Shown: positions 28,359 through 42,479, numbered from the stretch's first letter. The stretch: DNA of 64,000 nucleotides from Nitrosomonas sp. (GCA_024282035.1 JAMWZR010000002.1:49954-113953), one strand, 5' to 3'. Translations and numbers: made by a program. The notes: generated by a model not told the origin, from the letters alone.

Positions 28359-30140
28359 TCACTTGGGTACGAAAAGATCGGTAATGGTTCCTTCTGCTGT
28401 TTCAGCTGCAAACAGGATCGTTTCGGACAAGGTCGGGTGTGGGTGAATGGTGAGACTAAGGTCTTGCATGTCTGCACCCATTTCCAGAGCCAGAACCGTT
28501 TCGGCAATCAGTTCGCCCGCATTGATGCCGGTCACGCCGGCGCCCAGGATGCGTCGGGATTGTTTGTCTAGCAGCAATTGCGTGTATCCTTCCTCGCGTG
28601 CCATTGAAATGGCACGACCGCTCGCAGCCCACGGAAATCCGGCCTTTTCGTAATCGATACCCTGTTGCTGGGCTTCTTTTTCCGTCAGCCCCATCCATGC
28701 AATTTCCGGGTCGGTATAAGCGACTGACGGAATGGCCCGGGCATCGAAAGCTACTTTGTGCCCTGCAATGACTTCGGCAGCTAGCTTGCCTTCGTAGCTG
28801 GCTTTGTGCGCCAGCATGGGTTCGCCGGCAATATCGCCAATGGCATAGATGTGGGGTAGATTGGTGCGCATTTGCCGATCCACGGTGATGAAACCCCGCT
28901 CGTTGATCTGGATGCCGATGGTTTCCGCACCGATATGGTGTCCGTTTGGCCGTCGACCGATCGCCAGCAGGACTCGGTCATAAGTTTGTGGTTCAGGCGC
29001 CTGTTCGCCATCGAATGTGGCGGTCAACCCGCGCGCACTGGCTTGGATTTTCGTTACCTTGGTCTTGAGGTAAATGGCTTCGTAGCGTTTCTTGATACGG
29101 CGATACAGGGGATTGACCAAGACTGGATCGGCTCCTGGGATCAATTGGTCCATCCATTCCACGATGCTGATTTTGCTGCCTAGAGCCGAATAGACGGTTG
29201 CCATTTCCAGGCCGATGATGCCACCACCGATGATCAGCAGACGCTCCGGTATGTCCTCTAATGCCAATGCGCCGGTGGAATCGATCAGCCGCGGATCATC
29301 ATAGGGAAAACCGGGAATGCGCGTGACACTCGAGCCGGCTGCAATAATGCAGTGATCAAAAGATACCGTTTTTTCACCATCCGGTGTGGAGACCTGAAGC
29401 AGGTTGGGAGTGGTAAATTTTCCGCTACCCTGAATTACCTGAACCTTGCGTTGCTTGGCCAGAGCCTGTAGACCTCTGGTCAGTTTGCTGATAACCGAAA
29501 CTTTCCACTCGCGTAACCGTGCCAGATCAATTTGTGGTGCTCCAAAGGTGATGCCATGTGCTGACATATCTTGTGCTTCGGTGATGATTTTGGCGGCATG
29601 CAGCAAGGCTTTCGACGGAATGCAACCAACATTCAGGCATACGCCTCCGAGTGTCGGATAACGTTCGATCAGCACAACTTTCTTGCCGAGATCGGCAGCC
29701 CGGAATGCTGCGGTGTATCCGCCGGGACCCGCGCCAAGTACAACCACATCGGCATGTACATCACCTTGTGGTACGGCATGCGGTGCGTTTGCTGTCACTG
29801 TATGCGGGGTGGCAGCTTTGGCAGAGTCGGCCGTAGCCGTAGTGGATTGGTCAATGGAAGCCACCGGTGATTTGGGTTGAATGCTTGTCGTGTCCTGCGT
29901 TACGATTTCCAGTGTTAGGATGATTGAACCTTCGGATACCTTATCACCGGGCTTGACCTTGACATCCCTGATGACTCCGGCTCGCGGCGAGGGGACTTCC
30001 ATCGAGGCCTTGTCGGTTTCCAGAGTGATCAGTGGCGTTTCCACGGCGACCGTATCGCCTGTTGTAACCAGCACTTCGATTACCGGAACATCCTTGAAAT
30101 CGCCAATATCCGGAATTTTTATTTCAATTGTCTGTGTCAT
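28359..30140 (-). CDS. lpdA: Dihydrolipoamide dehydrogenase with N-terminal lipoyl domain
   Basis: Lipoyl motif ETDKASMEVP, GAGPGGY, redox motif CLNVGCIPSK and HPHPTLSE. Confidence 0.97.
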   Translation of the reverse strand: MTQTIEIKIPDIGDFKDVPVIEVLVTTGDTVAVETPLITLETDKASMEVPSPRAGVIRDVKVKPGDKVSEGSIILTLEIVTQDTTSIQPKSPVASIDQSTTATADSAKAATPHTVTANAPHAVPQGDVHADVVVLGAGPGGYTAAFRAADLGKKVVLIERYPTLGGVCLNVGCIPSKALLHAAKIITEAQDMSAHGITFGAPQIDLARLREWKVSVISKLTRGLQALAKQRKVQVIQGSGKFTTPNLLQVSTPDGEKTVSFDHCIIAAGSSVTRIPGFPYDDPRLIDSTGALALEDIPERLLIIGGGIIGLEMATVYSALGSKISIVEWMDQLIPGADPVLVNPLYRRIKKRYEAIYLKTKVTKIQASARGLTATFDGEQAPEPQTYDRVLLAIGRRPNGHHIGAETIGIQINERGFITVDRQMRTNLPHIYAIGDIAGEPMLAHKASYEGKLAAEVIAGHKVAFDARAIPSVAYTDPEIAWMGLTEKEAQQQGIDYEKAGFPWAASGRAISMAREEGYTQLLLDKQSRRILGAGVTGINAGELIAETVLALEMGADMQDLSLTIHPHPTLSETILFAAETAEGTITDLFVPK

Positions 30141-30183
30141 GGCATACCCATGGTGAAAGAGCTACGTTGGGTGTTGGCGTGCT

Positions 30184-31449
30184 TCACTGCCGCAACTGGC
30201 CGTCGCCCAGCACGATGAATTTCTGACTGGTCAAGCCTTCCAGTCCCACGGGGCCACGCGCATGAATCTTGTCAGTTGAAATGCCGATTTCGGCACCCAA
30301 GCCATATTCGAATCCATCCGCAAAACGCGTCGTGGTATTGACCATGACCGAACTGGAGTCGACTTCTCGCAAGAAGCGTCGGGCATGAGTATAGTTTTCG
30401 GTGACGATGGCGTCGGTGTGTTGAGAACCGTACTGAGTAATATGATCGATGGCCTGATCCAGTCCGGACACGATGCGTATGCTCAGAATGGGCGCCAGAT
30501 ATTCTTCGTACCAATCCTGCTCGGTAGCGGTATGCATTTGTGAAATGAGACGACAGGCCTCGGTGTCGCCGCGCAATTCCACACCTTTGTCGAGATAGAT
30601 TTTGCAGAGTGGCGGCAGAATCCGGTCAGCAATGTTGTGATGAACCAGTAGCGTTTCCATGGTATTGCAGGTGCCGTAACGCTGTGTTTTGGCGTTATCC
30701 GCAATGCGGATCGCTTTGTCGATGTCGGCCTGTTCGTCGATGTAGACATGACATACACCATCCAGATGCTTGATGACTGGGATACGCGCTTCGCTGGCAA
30801 TGCGCTCGATCAGTCCCTTACCACCACGGGGCACGATGACGTCGACATAATCCTTCATGGTGATCAGTTCTCCTACAGCTGCGCGATCGGTGGTTTCAAT
30901 CACCTGCACAGCGGATTCGGGCAATCCGGCCACGCGCAGCCCTTCCCTGACGCAGGCAGCAATGGCTTGGTTGCTGTGTATGGCTTCCGATCCTCCACGC
31001 AGAATGGCTGCATTGCCAGCCTTGAGGCACAGACCTGCGGCATCGGCAGTCACATTGGGACGAGCCTCGTAAATGATGCCGATCACACCCAGTGGCACAC
31101 GCATCTTACCAACCTGAATGCCGGATGGCCGGTAATTCAGTCCACTGATTTCACCCACGGGATCAGCCAGAGCGGCGATTTGCAGCAAACCTTCGGCCAT
31201 GGTGGCTATGCCTTTGGGAGAAAGGGTGAGCCGATCGATCATGGCAGACTCCAAACCTTTTGCGCGTGCAGCGTCGAGATCCTTGGCATTGGCCGACAGT
31301 AGCGTGGATTCATCGCGGCGGATGGCGTCAGCCATGGCTATGAGGGCCCGATTCTTGGAAGCCGTGTCGGCTTTGGCGACTTGTCGTGAGGCTGAGCGTG
31401 CTTCCTGCCCTACGGATTGCATGTAACTTTTGATGTCGATGGTGTTCAT
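30184..31449 (-). CDS. proA: Glutamate-5-semialdehyde dehydrogenase
   Basis: [28 protein letters not shown] and [15 protein letters not shown] motifs. Confidence 0.97.
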   Translation of the reverse strand: MNTIDIKSYMQSVGQEARSASRQVAKADTASKNRALIAMADAIRRDESTLLSANAKDLDAARAKGLESAMIDRLTLSPKGIATMAEGLLQIAALADPVGEISGLNYRPSGIQVGKMRVPLGVIGIIYEARPNVTADAAGLCLKAGNAAILRGGSEAIHSNQAIAACVREGLRVAGLPESAVQVIETTDRAAVGELITMKDYVDVIVPRGGKGLIERIASEARIPVIKHLDGVCHVYIDEQADIDKAIRIADNAKTQRYGTCNTMETLLVHHNIADRILPPLCKIYLDKGVELRGDTEACRLISQMHTATEQDWYEEYLAPILSIRIVSGLDQAIDHITQYGSQHTDAIVTENYTHARRFLREVDSSSVMVNTTTRFADGFEYGLGAEIGISTDKIHARGPVGLEGLTSQKFIVLGDGQLRQ

Positions 31450-31690
31450 GGGTTGAGTGGGATAAATAAACCGGTTCAATCAATATCGAGGATGAAATTA
31501 TAGTACAGATAAGTCAGTCATTATAGGCTGCTACCATAGCAGTGACTGCACAGAATTATTCTCCTGAGAATGGGAAATAGCTTCCAATATCCGCTTTTTT
31601 TGAGACATGCACTGGGGTTGACTTGGCGTAACCTGTCACACAGGGATGGCGTATGTCGTTGTGATTTAGGTCAGAGTAGAGGAGTGGTGG

Positions 31691-32551
31691 ATGGAGAAAA
31701 GTGCGATTTTGAGTGCGTTGGCGGCTGAAGTAGAACAAGGAAGGCTGATTTTTCCAACCTCGGCGAATACGGCCATTCGTACTCGAAGAATGCTCGAGGA
31801 TCCAGATTGTGGAATTGAAACCGTGACCAAGCTGATTCAGGCTGATCCCCTATTGTCGACAAAGGTTGTAGCGGTGGCCAATTCCAGTGTGTTCAATCGC
31901 TCGGGAAAAAGAATAACCGATGTTAAATCCGCGATCACGCTCATCGGTTTTCGTACCGTGCGCAACCTGGCTACGGTGATTGTAGTGCAGCAATTGTCCG
32001 GGCGCCATGCCAAGAGCGAGAAAGTCACGCAATTATGGAAGCACTCGGCGCATGTGGCTGCCCTGGCTCAGGTCATCGCCCGGCGTATCACGCACCAGGA
32101 TCCGGATACGGCCTTGTTTGCCGGAATGATCCACGAAATAAGCTGGTTTTATTTGCTGGCTCGCGAAGACTCCTATCCGGGGCTGGTCGATGACGATGTG
32201 GCGAGTTCCTGGTCCAGTGATGAAGACCTGGAGGACGGTGGTGAACTGGATTGTGAAATCAAGATTGGTACTGCAATACTGAATGCACTGTCAGTGCCTC
32301 AACCTGTGATCGAGGGCATCGTTTGCATGTGGGAAGGTTATCTGGCTTTTCCACCGACGACATTGGGAGATACATTGTTGTTTGCCGATCAACTCGCTCC
32401 GGTCAAATCTCCATTCATATTGCCATCACATCAAACAGGCGACGATATCAAGGCGCAAATCGACATAATGACCGATAAGTCGACATTGTCCGAAATTCTG
32501 CAGGATTCGGCGGCAGAGGTGAAATCACTGACCGATGCCTTGTGTGGATGA
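31691..32551 (+). CDS. HDOD domain protein
   Basis: LIQADPLLSTKVVAVANS, AITLIG, LWKHSAHVA and FAGMIHEIS motifs. Confidence 0.9.
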   Translation: MEKSAILSALAAEVEQGRLIFPTSANTAIRTRRMLEDPDCGIETVTKLIQADPLLSTKVVAVANSSVFNRSGKRITDVKSAITLIGFRTVRNLATVIVVQQLSGRHAKSEKVTQLWKHSAHVAALAQVIARRITHQDPDTALFAGMIHEISWFYLLAREDSYPGLVDDDVASSWSSDEDLEDGGELDCEIKIGTAILNALSVPQPVIEGIVCMWEGYLAFPPTTLGDTLLFADQLAPVKSPFILPSHQTGDDIKAQIDIMTDKSTLSEILQDSAAEVKSLTDALCG

Positions 32552-32566
32552 AGGCGATCTGAATTG

Positions 32567-32782
32567 TTATTTTGTATTTTCCCGGGAACCGGATTGTTGT
32601 TTGTAACGGTTGTAGGGCGTGTCGGTGCTCGATAAACATTGCGCGCGCTGCGATTGATCGATGATATTGCTGCATTGATTGCGCTGCCAGCATTGCCCGG
32701 TGTCATAAATCTGCTGGGCCGAGCAACCCAGTAGGGTCATGAAGATCCATGAAGTTAGAGTGATTTTGAGCAGTCCATTCAT
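32567..32782 (-). CDS. Small Cys-rich lipoprotein
   Basis: 71 aa with lipobox LLGC and pattern QCWQRNQC...RAQC; its ATG overlaps the holA stop (ATGA). Confidence 0.75.
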   Translation of the reverse strand: MNGLLKITLTSWIFMTLLGCSAQQIYDTGQCWQRNQCSNIIDQSQRAQCLSSTDTPYNRYKQQSGSRENTK

Positions 32783-33810
32783 CGCGTAAATCCGGAGTAA
32801 TTTCTGGAGTTTAAGGTCAAGTATAAGCCTAACTGCAGCAGGGCTTCCCAAGCATCTCCCAACTCGACACCCTTGATGATACGGTCGATTACTGCGGCTT
32901 TGGCTATCCCCTGAAATAACCGAGGTAAAGACTGGGAACGAACAGCGTTCATCACCAGTTTCTGCCGGTCGCCCCAGATTCGCCCAGATTGTAATAACTG
33001 GGCAGCAGTTTGCCCTCTAGCCAAACCTTGCTGCAGGTGAATCAACTGTCGGATTTGCTCGGTCAGTGTCGCCAGAATCACCAGAGGAGGCGTACCTTCG
33101 CCTTGCAGTCCATTCAGGATGCGGATATAACGCGCTGCATCTGCCGCCAGCATGGCGTCGGCCAACTGGTAGGCGTCATAGCGTGCGACATCCAGTACTG
33201 CCGATTTGATCTGTTCAAGTGTCAGATGACCGCTGGGATAAAGCAATGCTAGTTTCTGGATTTCCTGATGTGCAGCGAGCAGATTCCCTTCAACCCGATC
33301 GGCGAAAAACTGCAATGCCGGAGGATCGGCCGTTTGCTGCTGTCGCGACAGGCGCTGTTCTATCCAGTGCGGTAACTGTTGCCGTTCAATGGCATAAAAT
33401 GGAATAACGACACCGCAGGCTTCGAGCGTTTTGAACCATTTGCTGGCTTGCCCCTGTTTGTCCATGCGCGGTAAGGTCACCAGTGTTAGGGTGTCCGCTG
33501 GCAGAGCCGTACAGAAGGCTTCGATGCTTTTCCCACCTTCCTTGCCAGGTTTACCGGAAGGAATACGCAAATCGATGATTTTGCGTTCGCTGAACAGGGA
33601 CAGGTTGCTGCCTGTCGTAAGCAGGGCAGACCAATCAAAATGCTGATCAGCACTCAAAACCACGCGTTCGGTGTAGCCTTCGCGCTGGGCGTGGGTGCGG
33701 ATCGAGTCGGCAGCTTCCTGAATCAGCAAGGGCTCGTTGCCAAACAGGACGTAGAGCGCAGCGGAGTGTTGCCGCAGTTGCTGGGAAAGCTGTTCGAGTT
33801 TGATTCGCAT
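32779..33810 (-). CDS. holA: DNA polymerase III delta subunit
   Basis: YVLFGNEPLL, SLFSERKIIDLRIPSGKPG and VEGNLLAAHQEIQKL; lies downstream of lptE. Confidence 0.96.
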   Translation of the reverse strand: MRIKLEQLSQQLRQHSAALYVLFGNEPLLIQEAADSIRTHAQREGYTERVVLSADQHFDWSALLTTGSNLSLFSERKIIDLRIPSGKPGKEGGKSIEAFCTALPADTLTLVTLPRMDKQGQASKWFKTLEACGVVIPFYAIERQQLPHWIEQRLSRQQQTADPPALQFFADRVEGNLLAAHQEIQKLALLYPSGHLTLEQIKSAVLDVARYDAYQLADAMLAADAARYIRILNGLQGEGTPPLVILATLTEQIRQLIHLQQGLARGQTAAQLLQSGRIWGDRQKLVMNAVRSQSLPRLFQGIAKAAVIDRIIKGVELGDAWEALLQLGLYLTLNSRNYSGFTR

Positions 33811-33847
33811 GCTGACCGGTAGAATCGGCGGAAAGAAGCGCCAGCAC

Positions 33848-34372
33848 TCAGGAAGCCGGTAACTTGATCGCGGACAGACGCCAGATGATTTGTTGCACGA
33901 CATCGGACTGCATGTCTTTCTGTAGTAATTTTTCTTCTGCTTCCTTGGCCAGGATCTGTGCATCCAGGAATGGCAGCACGCGCGTAATGGCAATTTCGGT
34001 TTTAGGTACTACTTCGACTCCCTGCTGATCGATCACACGATAGGCGACGCGATAGATCAGGTTGAAGTCACGCACCCGACCGCCGCCGGATAGTGACAGA
34101 ATGGCTCTTTCATTGACTGCACTGATGATTTCAAGCGTGGCTTCTGCTTCAGTCGCCGAGCTGACAATCTTGGTTGTCGGTGACGTACTGATCATGCGTT
34201 CCAGATCCATGCCGATGGTGTGGCCGTCGGGGGCAGTGACATACATGGATTTAAAAGGCAGCGATGTAGCCTGACCACGTAACTTGAAACCGCATGCGGA
34301 CAGGAGCAGCATCAGCGCTAGTATCAGCAAGGCTGAATTGAGTCGGAGCGGGTGATAGGGTAATGATTTCAT
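33848..34372 (-). CDS. lptE: LPS assembly lipoprotein LptE
   Basis: Lipobox LSACGFKLRG, LAKEAEEKLL...M..D; lies between leuS and holA. Confidence 0.93.
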   Translation of the reverse strand: MKSLPYHPLRLNSALLILALMLLLSACGFKLRGQATSLPFKSMYVTAPDGHTIGMDLERMISTSPTTKIVSSATEAEATLEIISAVNERAILSLSGGGRVRDFNLIYRVAYRVIDQQGVEVVPKTEIAITRVLPFLDAQILAKEAEEKLLQKDMQSDVVQQIIWRLSAIKLPAS

Positions 34373-34376
34373 TGTG

Positions 34377-37070
<2,694 letters not shown>

Positions 37071-37180
37071 CTAAGCTTTCGTGAGCATCCTGTGCACCCC
37101 GAACGCTTTGGTGCTTAGGAGATCGCTGATTTCCGCTAATGGCTCGAACAGGATCCAAGGGAAATCAGCATGGATTTCCA

Positions 37181-37387
37181 TTAATCCAACCGAAAACCGA
37201 TCTTGATTTTGACCTGAAAATGGGCAACCTTGGCATCGACGATATGTCCACGGGTTTCCACGACTTCAAACCAATCCAGGTTACGCAGACTTTTACCGGA
37301 TTTTGTAATGGCTTGCTGGATGGCGTCGTCACTGCTTTTGGTAGAAGAACCGACGACTTCGATGATTTTATAGACATGATCGTTCAT
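37181..37387 (-). CDS. Dodecin (flavin-binding protein)
   Basis: HVYKIIEVVGSS...LDWFEVVETRGHI...FQVKIKIGFRLD. Confidence 0.95.
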   Translation of the reverse strand: MNDHVYKIIEVVGSSTKSSDDAIQQAITKSGKSLRNLDWFEVVETRGHIVDAKVAHFQVKIKIGFRLD

Positions 37388-37567
37388 TTCGGATCCTTTG
37401 CGGGCTATTTGTCGAGAGAAACGTTATATCATATTTTCCGGCAGCGTTAATGCGAGAATCTTGCCTTGAGATGGTGAAGGATTTGAGTGGTATTGTGTTT
37501 GTAACTTGTTTGTATCGGAATACTCCTCGATGAGGAATGATTCATTAAAAGAGTAAAAGAGGTGCTT

Positions 37568-38353
37568 ATGAAATTGAACTGGATATTGCTATGTGTACTG
37601 ATTCATTTGTTGACGGCTTGTGCCACGACACCAACCGGCAGAAGCCAATTGGTATTCATGCCCGATGATAAGCTCAATAGTATGGGGCTACAGGCTTTTG
37701 CGGATTTGAAGAAAGAAAAGCCGATCAGTCAGGATGTCAAGGAAAATACATTCGTTCGATGTGTAGCCAATGCGATCACCCACGAAGTGGGAGGGAACTG
37801 GGAGGTCATTGTATTCGAAGATAAGACTTTGAATGCATTTGCCCTGCCGGGGAGCAAGATAGGCGTGCATACCGGACTGATCGATCTGGTGGATAATCAG
37901 CATCAGCTCGCGGCAGTGATTGGGCATGAAATTGGTCATGTGCTGGCACGGCACAGTAATGAGCGTATGTCGCAGAAACTGGGTGCGCAAATGGGCATAT
38001 CGTTGATCGCGGCAGTAGCTGCACCGCAAACCCCGCTGGGGCAGACTGCCGTGAGTCTACTGGGAGTGGGGGCGCAATATGGGGTGATTATGCCATTCAG
38101 CCGATTGCATGAAAGTGAAGCCGATCTGATTGGTCTCGAGTTGATGGCAAAGGCAGGCTTCAATCCTGCCGAGAGTGTGACGTTGTGGCAGAAAATGGCG
38201 CAGGCCAGTCAGGGTGAACAGCCTGCCGAGTTTTTATCGACTCACCCATCGCACGAGACACGCATCGATGATTTGCGAGAGAATTTGCCGAAATCGACCA
38301 AATTGATGCAGCAGGCGCAGGCAGCGGGTAAAAAACCCAATTGCATTAAATAG
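37568..38353 (+). CDS. M48 family zinc metallopeptidase lipoprotein
   Basis: Lipobox LTAC, NAFALPG, HEIGH zinc motif, ESEAD and FLSTHP. Confidence 0.94.
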   Translation: MKLNWILLCVLIHLLTACATTPTGRSQLVFMPDDKLNSMGLQAFADLKKEKPISQDVKENTFVRCVANAITHEVGGNWEVIVFEDKTLNAFALPGSKIGVHTGLIDLVDNQHQLAAVIGHEIGHVLARHSNERMSQKLGAQMGISLIAAVAAPQTPLGQTAVSLLGVGAQYGVIMPFSRLHESEADLIGLELMAKAGFNPAESVTLWQKMAQASQGEQPAEFLSTHPSHETRIDDLRENLPKSTKLMQQAQAAGKKPNCIK

Positions 38354-38357
38354 TCAA

Positions 38358-38744
38358 TCAATGATTGGGTTCGGGTTCGTCGGACGGGAAATCCAGTTCG
38401 ATTTTTGCGCCATCCGGATCATAAAAAAATAATTGCCAGATTCCCAATCCCTGTAAACGGTGTAATTGATAGCTGATGCCTTGTTGTTTAAGGGTATCGA
38501 TTGCCGCTTGCAGATTGGATGCGGTGAATGCCATGTGGTCGATGACTCCTGCAGCATTCGTGGGCATGGGTTTGCCCGACATGATGTGCAGGATGGCCTG
38601 ATTGCCGGCATATAGCCATGCACCCGGAAAAGAAAAAGCGGGTCTGAAGCCCTCTCTCAATCCGAGAATGTGAATATAAAAAGCGGTGCTTTTTTCAAGA
38701 TCGCTACTGAGTACCGTGAAGTGATTCATACCTGAAATGTTCAT
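38358..38744 (-). CDS. VOC/glyoxalase family protein
   Basis: MNHFTVLSSDL, IDHMAF and QLFFYDPDGAKIELDF motifs. Confidence 0.93.
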   Translation of the reverse strand: MNISGMNHFTVLSSDLEKSTAFYIHILGLREGFRPAFSFPGAWLYAGNQAILHIMSGKPMPTNAAGVIDHMAFTASNLQAAIDTLKQQGISYQLHRLQGLGIWQLFFYDPDGAKIELDFPSDEPEPNH

Positions 38745-39068
38745 TGAAGCAGCTCCTATTGACGATGCTGCTTTCTAGCATAAATTTTCAAGGTCATCTA
38801 GTTGTGACTGACCGTCACCTTTTTTAGTTTGCCACAGTCCGGGATTGCGGGAATTTCAGTGGATGACATTCAAGAAAATGCCACTTTGCTCCGTTAAATA
38901 AAAAAATTCATTTATACCAGATCAAAGGCAGTGTGCAGTTTGTCGAGGATGAATCCCTGCTGCTAGAGAAAAAATATCTTGTGATGGATGGATGAAAAAA
39001 TTTTATTGCCTCTATTGTTGGGAACCGTGTCCACTTTTTGTATAGCGTAAACGAAAGGATTATTGATA

Positions 39069-39581
39069 ATGCAAGCTCAAGCACTCAATGTGGCTGCTGA
39101 AACATCTGTTGTAAGCGGTAATAATCTGGCTAATGAATTTCTGACTTTCCGATTGGGGCGGGAAGAGTATGGCATCGAGATTCTCAAGGTGCAGGAAATC
39201 CGGGGTTATGATGCGATTACCCAAATTGCCAATGCACCCGAATTTATCAAGGGTGTAATCAATTTACGCGGAATCATCGTTCCAATCGTGGACATGCGGA
39301 TCAAGTTTTACTTGAGTGATGTGCAATATGATCAATTTACCGTGGTCATCATTCTCAATGTGGCTGGTCGCGTGATGGGTATGGTGGTCGATGGTGTGTC
39401 CGATGTCATTTCGCTGCAGAAAGAGCATATGCGTCCGGCTCCCGGATTGAATTCGGTCATTGAAGCCGAGTACATCATGGGGTTGGGGACAATCGATGAA
39501 CGCATGCTGATACTGATCGACATCGAGCAACTCATGAGCAGTGATGACATGGGGTTAATTGATCACACTGTATTGTTGTAG
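39069..39581 (+). CDS. cheW: Chemotaxis coupling protein CheW (copy 1)
   Basis: [26 protein letters not shown] and [16 protein letters not shown]. Confidence 0.96.
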   Translation: MQAQALNVAAETSVVSGNNLANEFLTFRLGREEYGIEILKVQEIRGYDAITQIANAPEFIKGVINLRGIIVPIVDMRIKFYLSDVQYDQFTVVIILNVAGRVMGMVVDGVSDVISLQKEHMRPAPGLNSVIEAEYIMGLGTIDERMLILIDIEQLMSSDDMGLIDHTVLL

Positions 39582-39830
39582 AGCTCGTTGCTTATCGTTT
39601 AGTCATTTAATTGGCTCGACGAGTTTGCCGTAAACGTCCAATTCCTGAATTGGGTGCCGTTTGATCTCTCATCCCTACAAGCGAATCTGATCGGAAATGC
39701 GATCAGATCCGTCGAGAACTTCAGCCTAGAATCCAATCAAAACCAGCATTCCAGCTTTGGATGAATAGACTTTTTGCGTGACCTGTGTGTTGCAAACCGA
39801 AACGGGTCGGGTGTTTTACTCATAGTGATC

Positions 39831-39844
39831 TAGGAATATTCTTA
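39831..39844. promoter_or_regulatory. RcsAB-box-like palindrome upstream of cheW2-mcp1
   Basis: taggaatattctta; its reverse complement TAAGAATATTCCTA equals the E. coli RcsAB-box consensus. Confidence 0.5.
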
Positions 39845-39884
39845 CATTTTATGCAAAGAATATCCTATGGTCGAATAGGACACT

Positions 39885-39892
39885 GCCGACAA
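39885..39892 (+). promoter_or_regulatory. Sigma28-like -10 element (GCCGACAA)
   Basis: 7/8 match to GCCGATAA upstream of chemotaxis genes; the -35 match is weak. Confidence 0.35.
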
Positions 39893-40088
39893 AAAATATT
39901 TTTTTATATTCCGTAAGAACTTCTGTTTCAAAAATAAGAAATTGAAAAAAAAGAATAAGTGCAAGGAGCCATGGAGATAAAACATTTCCCACGATTTCCA
40001 GGTTCCTGATCAATTTTAGTTACTCAATTAAAGCCCAGCAAAAAAGACAAAGCTGGAATAAAGCTAAAACAAAGGAAAATCAAACGTG

Positions 40089-40592
40089 ATGCATGAACAA
40101 ACAACCGATAAGGCTGTTGAACTTTCTTGTGCGGAAGTGAATATGGGAGCCAATGAATTCCTGACATTTCGACTGGGTGACGAAGAATATGGGATTGAAA
40201 TTCTCAAAGTACAGGAAATTCGTGGTTACGACTCGATTACCCAAATCGCCAATGCTCCGGAATTCATCAAAGGGGTCATTAACCTGCGTGGAATCATCGT
40301 TCCGATTGTCGATATGCGCATTCGCTTCAATCTGGAAAAAGTGGATTACGATCAATTCACGGTCGTAATCATCCTCAATATTGCCGGGCGTGTGGTGGGT
40401 ATGGTGGTTGATGGTGTATCGGATGTGATTGCCTTGAGCGGGGATCAAGTTCGTCCGGCACCGGGTTTGGGATCAGCTATCGAAACGGAGTATATCCTCG
40501 GTTTGGGAACGGTGGACGGAAGGATGCTGATTTTGGTTGATATCGAGAAATTGATGAGTAGCAATGAAATGGGGCTGATTGATCAAATATAA
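40089..40592 (+). CDS. cheW: Chemotaxis coupling protein CheW (copy 2)
   Basis: Same CheW motifs as copy 1; GTG 40086 or ATG 40089 start. Confidence 0.96.
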   Translation: MHEQTTDKAVELSCAEVNMGANEFLTFRLGDEEYGIEILKVQEIRGYDSITQIANAPEFIKGVINLRGIIVPIVDMRIRFNLEKVDYDQFTVVIILNIAGRVVGMVVDGVSDVIALSGDQVRPAPGLGSAIETEYILGLGTVDGRMLILVDIEKLMSSNEMGLIDQI

Positions 40593-40632
40593 CAACGTTT
40601 TCTGGGTTTACATTCATTTTTGGGAGAATTTG

Positions 40633-42360
40633 ATGTTGAATAACATGACGATTAAATCGCGGCTGATTTTTGTGATTAGCTTTCTGTCATTGCTGCTTGC
40701 CATTGTGGGAAGCCTTGGCATGTATAGCTTGAACGAGACCAATAAATCCTTTAAAGGGGTTTATGAAGATCGTACCGTGCCCTTGGGGGATCTGGGCATG
40801 ATACTGGATCGCATGCAGCGTGTACGTCTCAATGCAGCGATATCGGCTTATGCCAGAAAGCCAGAACTGGTCAAGGAACGGCAGAATATGACTGACCAGA
40901 GGGATGCCGAGATTGCCAGTTTCTGGCAAAAGTACATGGCAACCAGATTTGTACCTGAAGAAGCATCGATTGCCGAGAATTTCATTAATCAGTGGCGGAT
41001 CTATACGGAATCGCGAAACCGCACCATGGCTTTGGCTACTGCAGGAGATTTTGATGCTGCCGTGGCCAACATGATCGGTGATGCCGGAGCGAAATTTGAT
41101 GCGGCGCACACTACCATGCTCAAATTACTGGAGTTTCAGCGCACAGAATCTCAGAAACAGTATGAAACCGCACAAGACAGTTTTGAGACCATTTCCATGT
41201 TTTCAAGCGTGACGATGGTGTTGGGTATCTTTATGGCAATTCTTATCGGGGTCGTGATCATACGCGCCATTCTTAAAGCGCTGAATGAAGCCATTACCAT
41301 AGCCAATGCCGTGGCATCCAGTGATCTGACCAGTCAGATCGATGTGACTTCAACAAATGAAACCGGTCGCTTGTTACAAGCGCTAAAAGCCATGAATGAC
41401 AATTTGGTCGACCTGGTTAGCAAAGTGCGTGTGAGTACCGAATCGATCTCCACGGCCACAGGTGAAATTGCGTCCGGTAACTCTGATTTGAGTCAACGTA
41501 CGGAAGAACAGGCATCCAGTCTGGAGGAGACGGCTTCCTCGATGGAGGAATTGACGTCCACCGTCAGGCAGAATGCGGACAATGCGCGTCAGGCTAACCA
41601 GCTTGCAGCCGGTGCGTCGGAAGTAGCCGTCAAGGGTGGGGCCGTAGTTGGGCAGGTTGTGCAAACCATGAGTTCGATCAACGAAAGCTCGAAGAAAATT
41701 GTCGAAATCATTAGCGTCATTGACGGTATCGCATTCCAGACCAATATCCTGGCACTGAATGCCGCTGTTGAGGCTGCTCGTGCGGGTGAACAGGGGCGGG
41801 GTTTTGCAGTGGTGGCAACGGAAGTGCGCACTTTGGCGCAGCGTTCGGCGGCTGCAGCAAAGGAAATCAAGGAACTGATCAATGACTCGGTGGGTAAGGT
41901 GGAAGAAGGTACGCGACTGGTCGACGAAGCTGGCTCAACGATGGATGAAATCGTCAGTGCGGTAAAACGTGTGACCGATATCATGAGCGAGATTTCCGCC
42001 GCCTCGCAGGAACAAAGCTCGGGTATCGAACAAGTCAACCAGGCTGTTACACAAATGGACGAAGTGACCCAGCAGAATGCTGCGCTGGTTGAAGAAGCAG
42101 CGGCAGCAGCGGAGTCGATGAAAGAACAGGCGCACGTCCTATCGCAAGCGGTGACCATTTTCAAACTGACGCACGGCAACCATCAGACCGCGCCGATGAT
42201 GGCCAAGCGCACTAATCGTCCCAGTGTAAACAAGCTGCCCAATCGCGGACCGGCTACTAAAAAGGCTAGTGCAAGAATGAACTCGGAAGTGGAGACCATG
42301 CCGTCACAACCTCGTAAAGTCGCTGCTGGTGGGAGCAATAACGACTGGGAAGAATTTTAA
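40633..42360 (+). CDS. Methyl-accepting chemotaxis protein (TM-4HB-TM-HAMP-MA) with C-terminal pentapeptide DWEEF
   Basis: [30 protein letters not shown] signalling hairpin and two TM segments; GGAGA RBS before ATG 40633. Confidence 0.97.
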   Translation: MLNNMTIKSRLIFVISFLSLLLAIVGSLGMYSLNETNKSFKGVYEDRTVPLGDLGMILDRMQRVRLNAAISAYARKPELVKERQNMTDQRDAEIASFWQKYMATRFVPEEASIAENFINQWRIYTESRNRTMALATAGDFDAAVANMIGDAGAKFDAAHTTMLKLLEFQRTESQKQYETAQDSFETISMFSSVTMVLGIFMAILIGVVIIRAILKALNEAITIANAVASSDLTSQIDVTSTNETGRLLQALKAMNDNLVDLVSKVRVSTESISTATGEIASGNSDLSQRTEEQASSLEETASSMEELTSTVRQNADNARQANQLAAGASEVAVKGGAVVGQVVQTMSSINESSKKIVEIISVIDGIAFQTNILALNAAVEAARAGEQGRGFAVVATEVRTLAQRSAAAAKEIKELINDSVGKVEEGTRLVDEAGSTMDEIVSAVKRVTDIMSEISAASQEQSSGIEQVNQAVTQMDEVTQQNAALVEEAAAAAESMKEQAHVLSQAVTIFKLTHGNHQTAPMMAKRTNRPSVNKLPNRGPATKKASARMNSEVETMPSQPRKVAAGGSNNDWEEF

Positions 42361-42390
42361 TCTTCAATTCTAAACTGTGTGGTGAATCAC

Positions 42391-42423
42391 AAAACCCTCG
42401 AGTCATTGGCTCGAGGGTTTTTT
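42391..42423 (+). terminator. Rho-independent terminator after mcp1
   Basis: aaaaccctcgag-tcattgg-ctcgagggtttttt. Confidence 0.88.
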
Positions 42424-42479
42424 ATTTATGAACCAGTTCAGTTGCATTGGTCAGTTTTAATTGGCTAATCGATTGGGTT

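Noticed and set aside
39638-39810. Hairpins at 39638-39653 and 39685-39708, and GCAAACC...GAAA at ~39792 as a c-di-GMP-I riboswitch
   Set aside because: The riboswitch needs the downstream GACGCAAA/P2-P3 elements, which are absent; the hairpins alone are uninformative.
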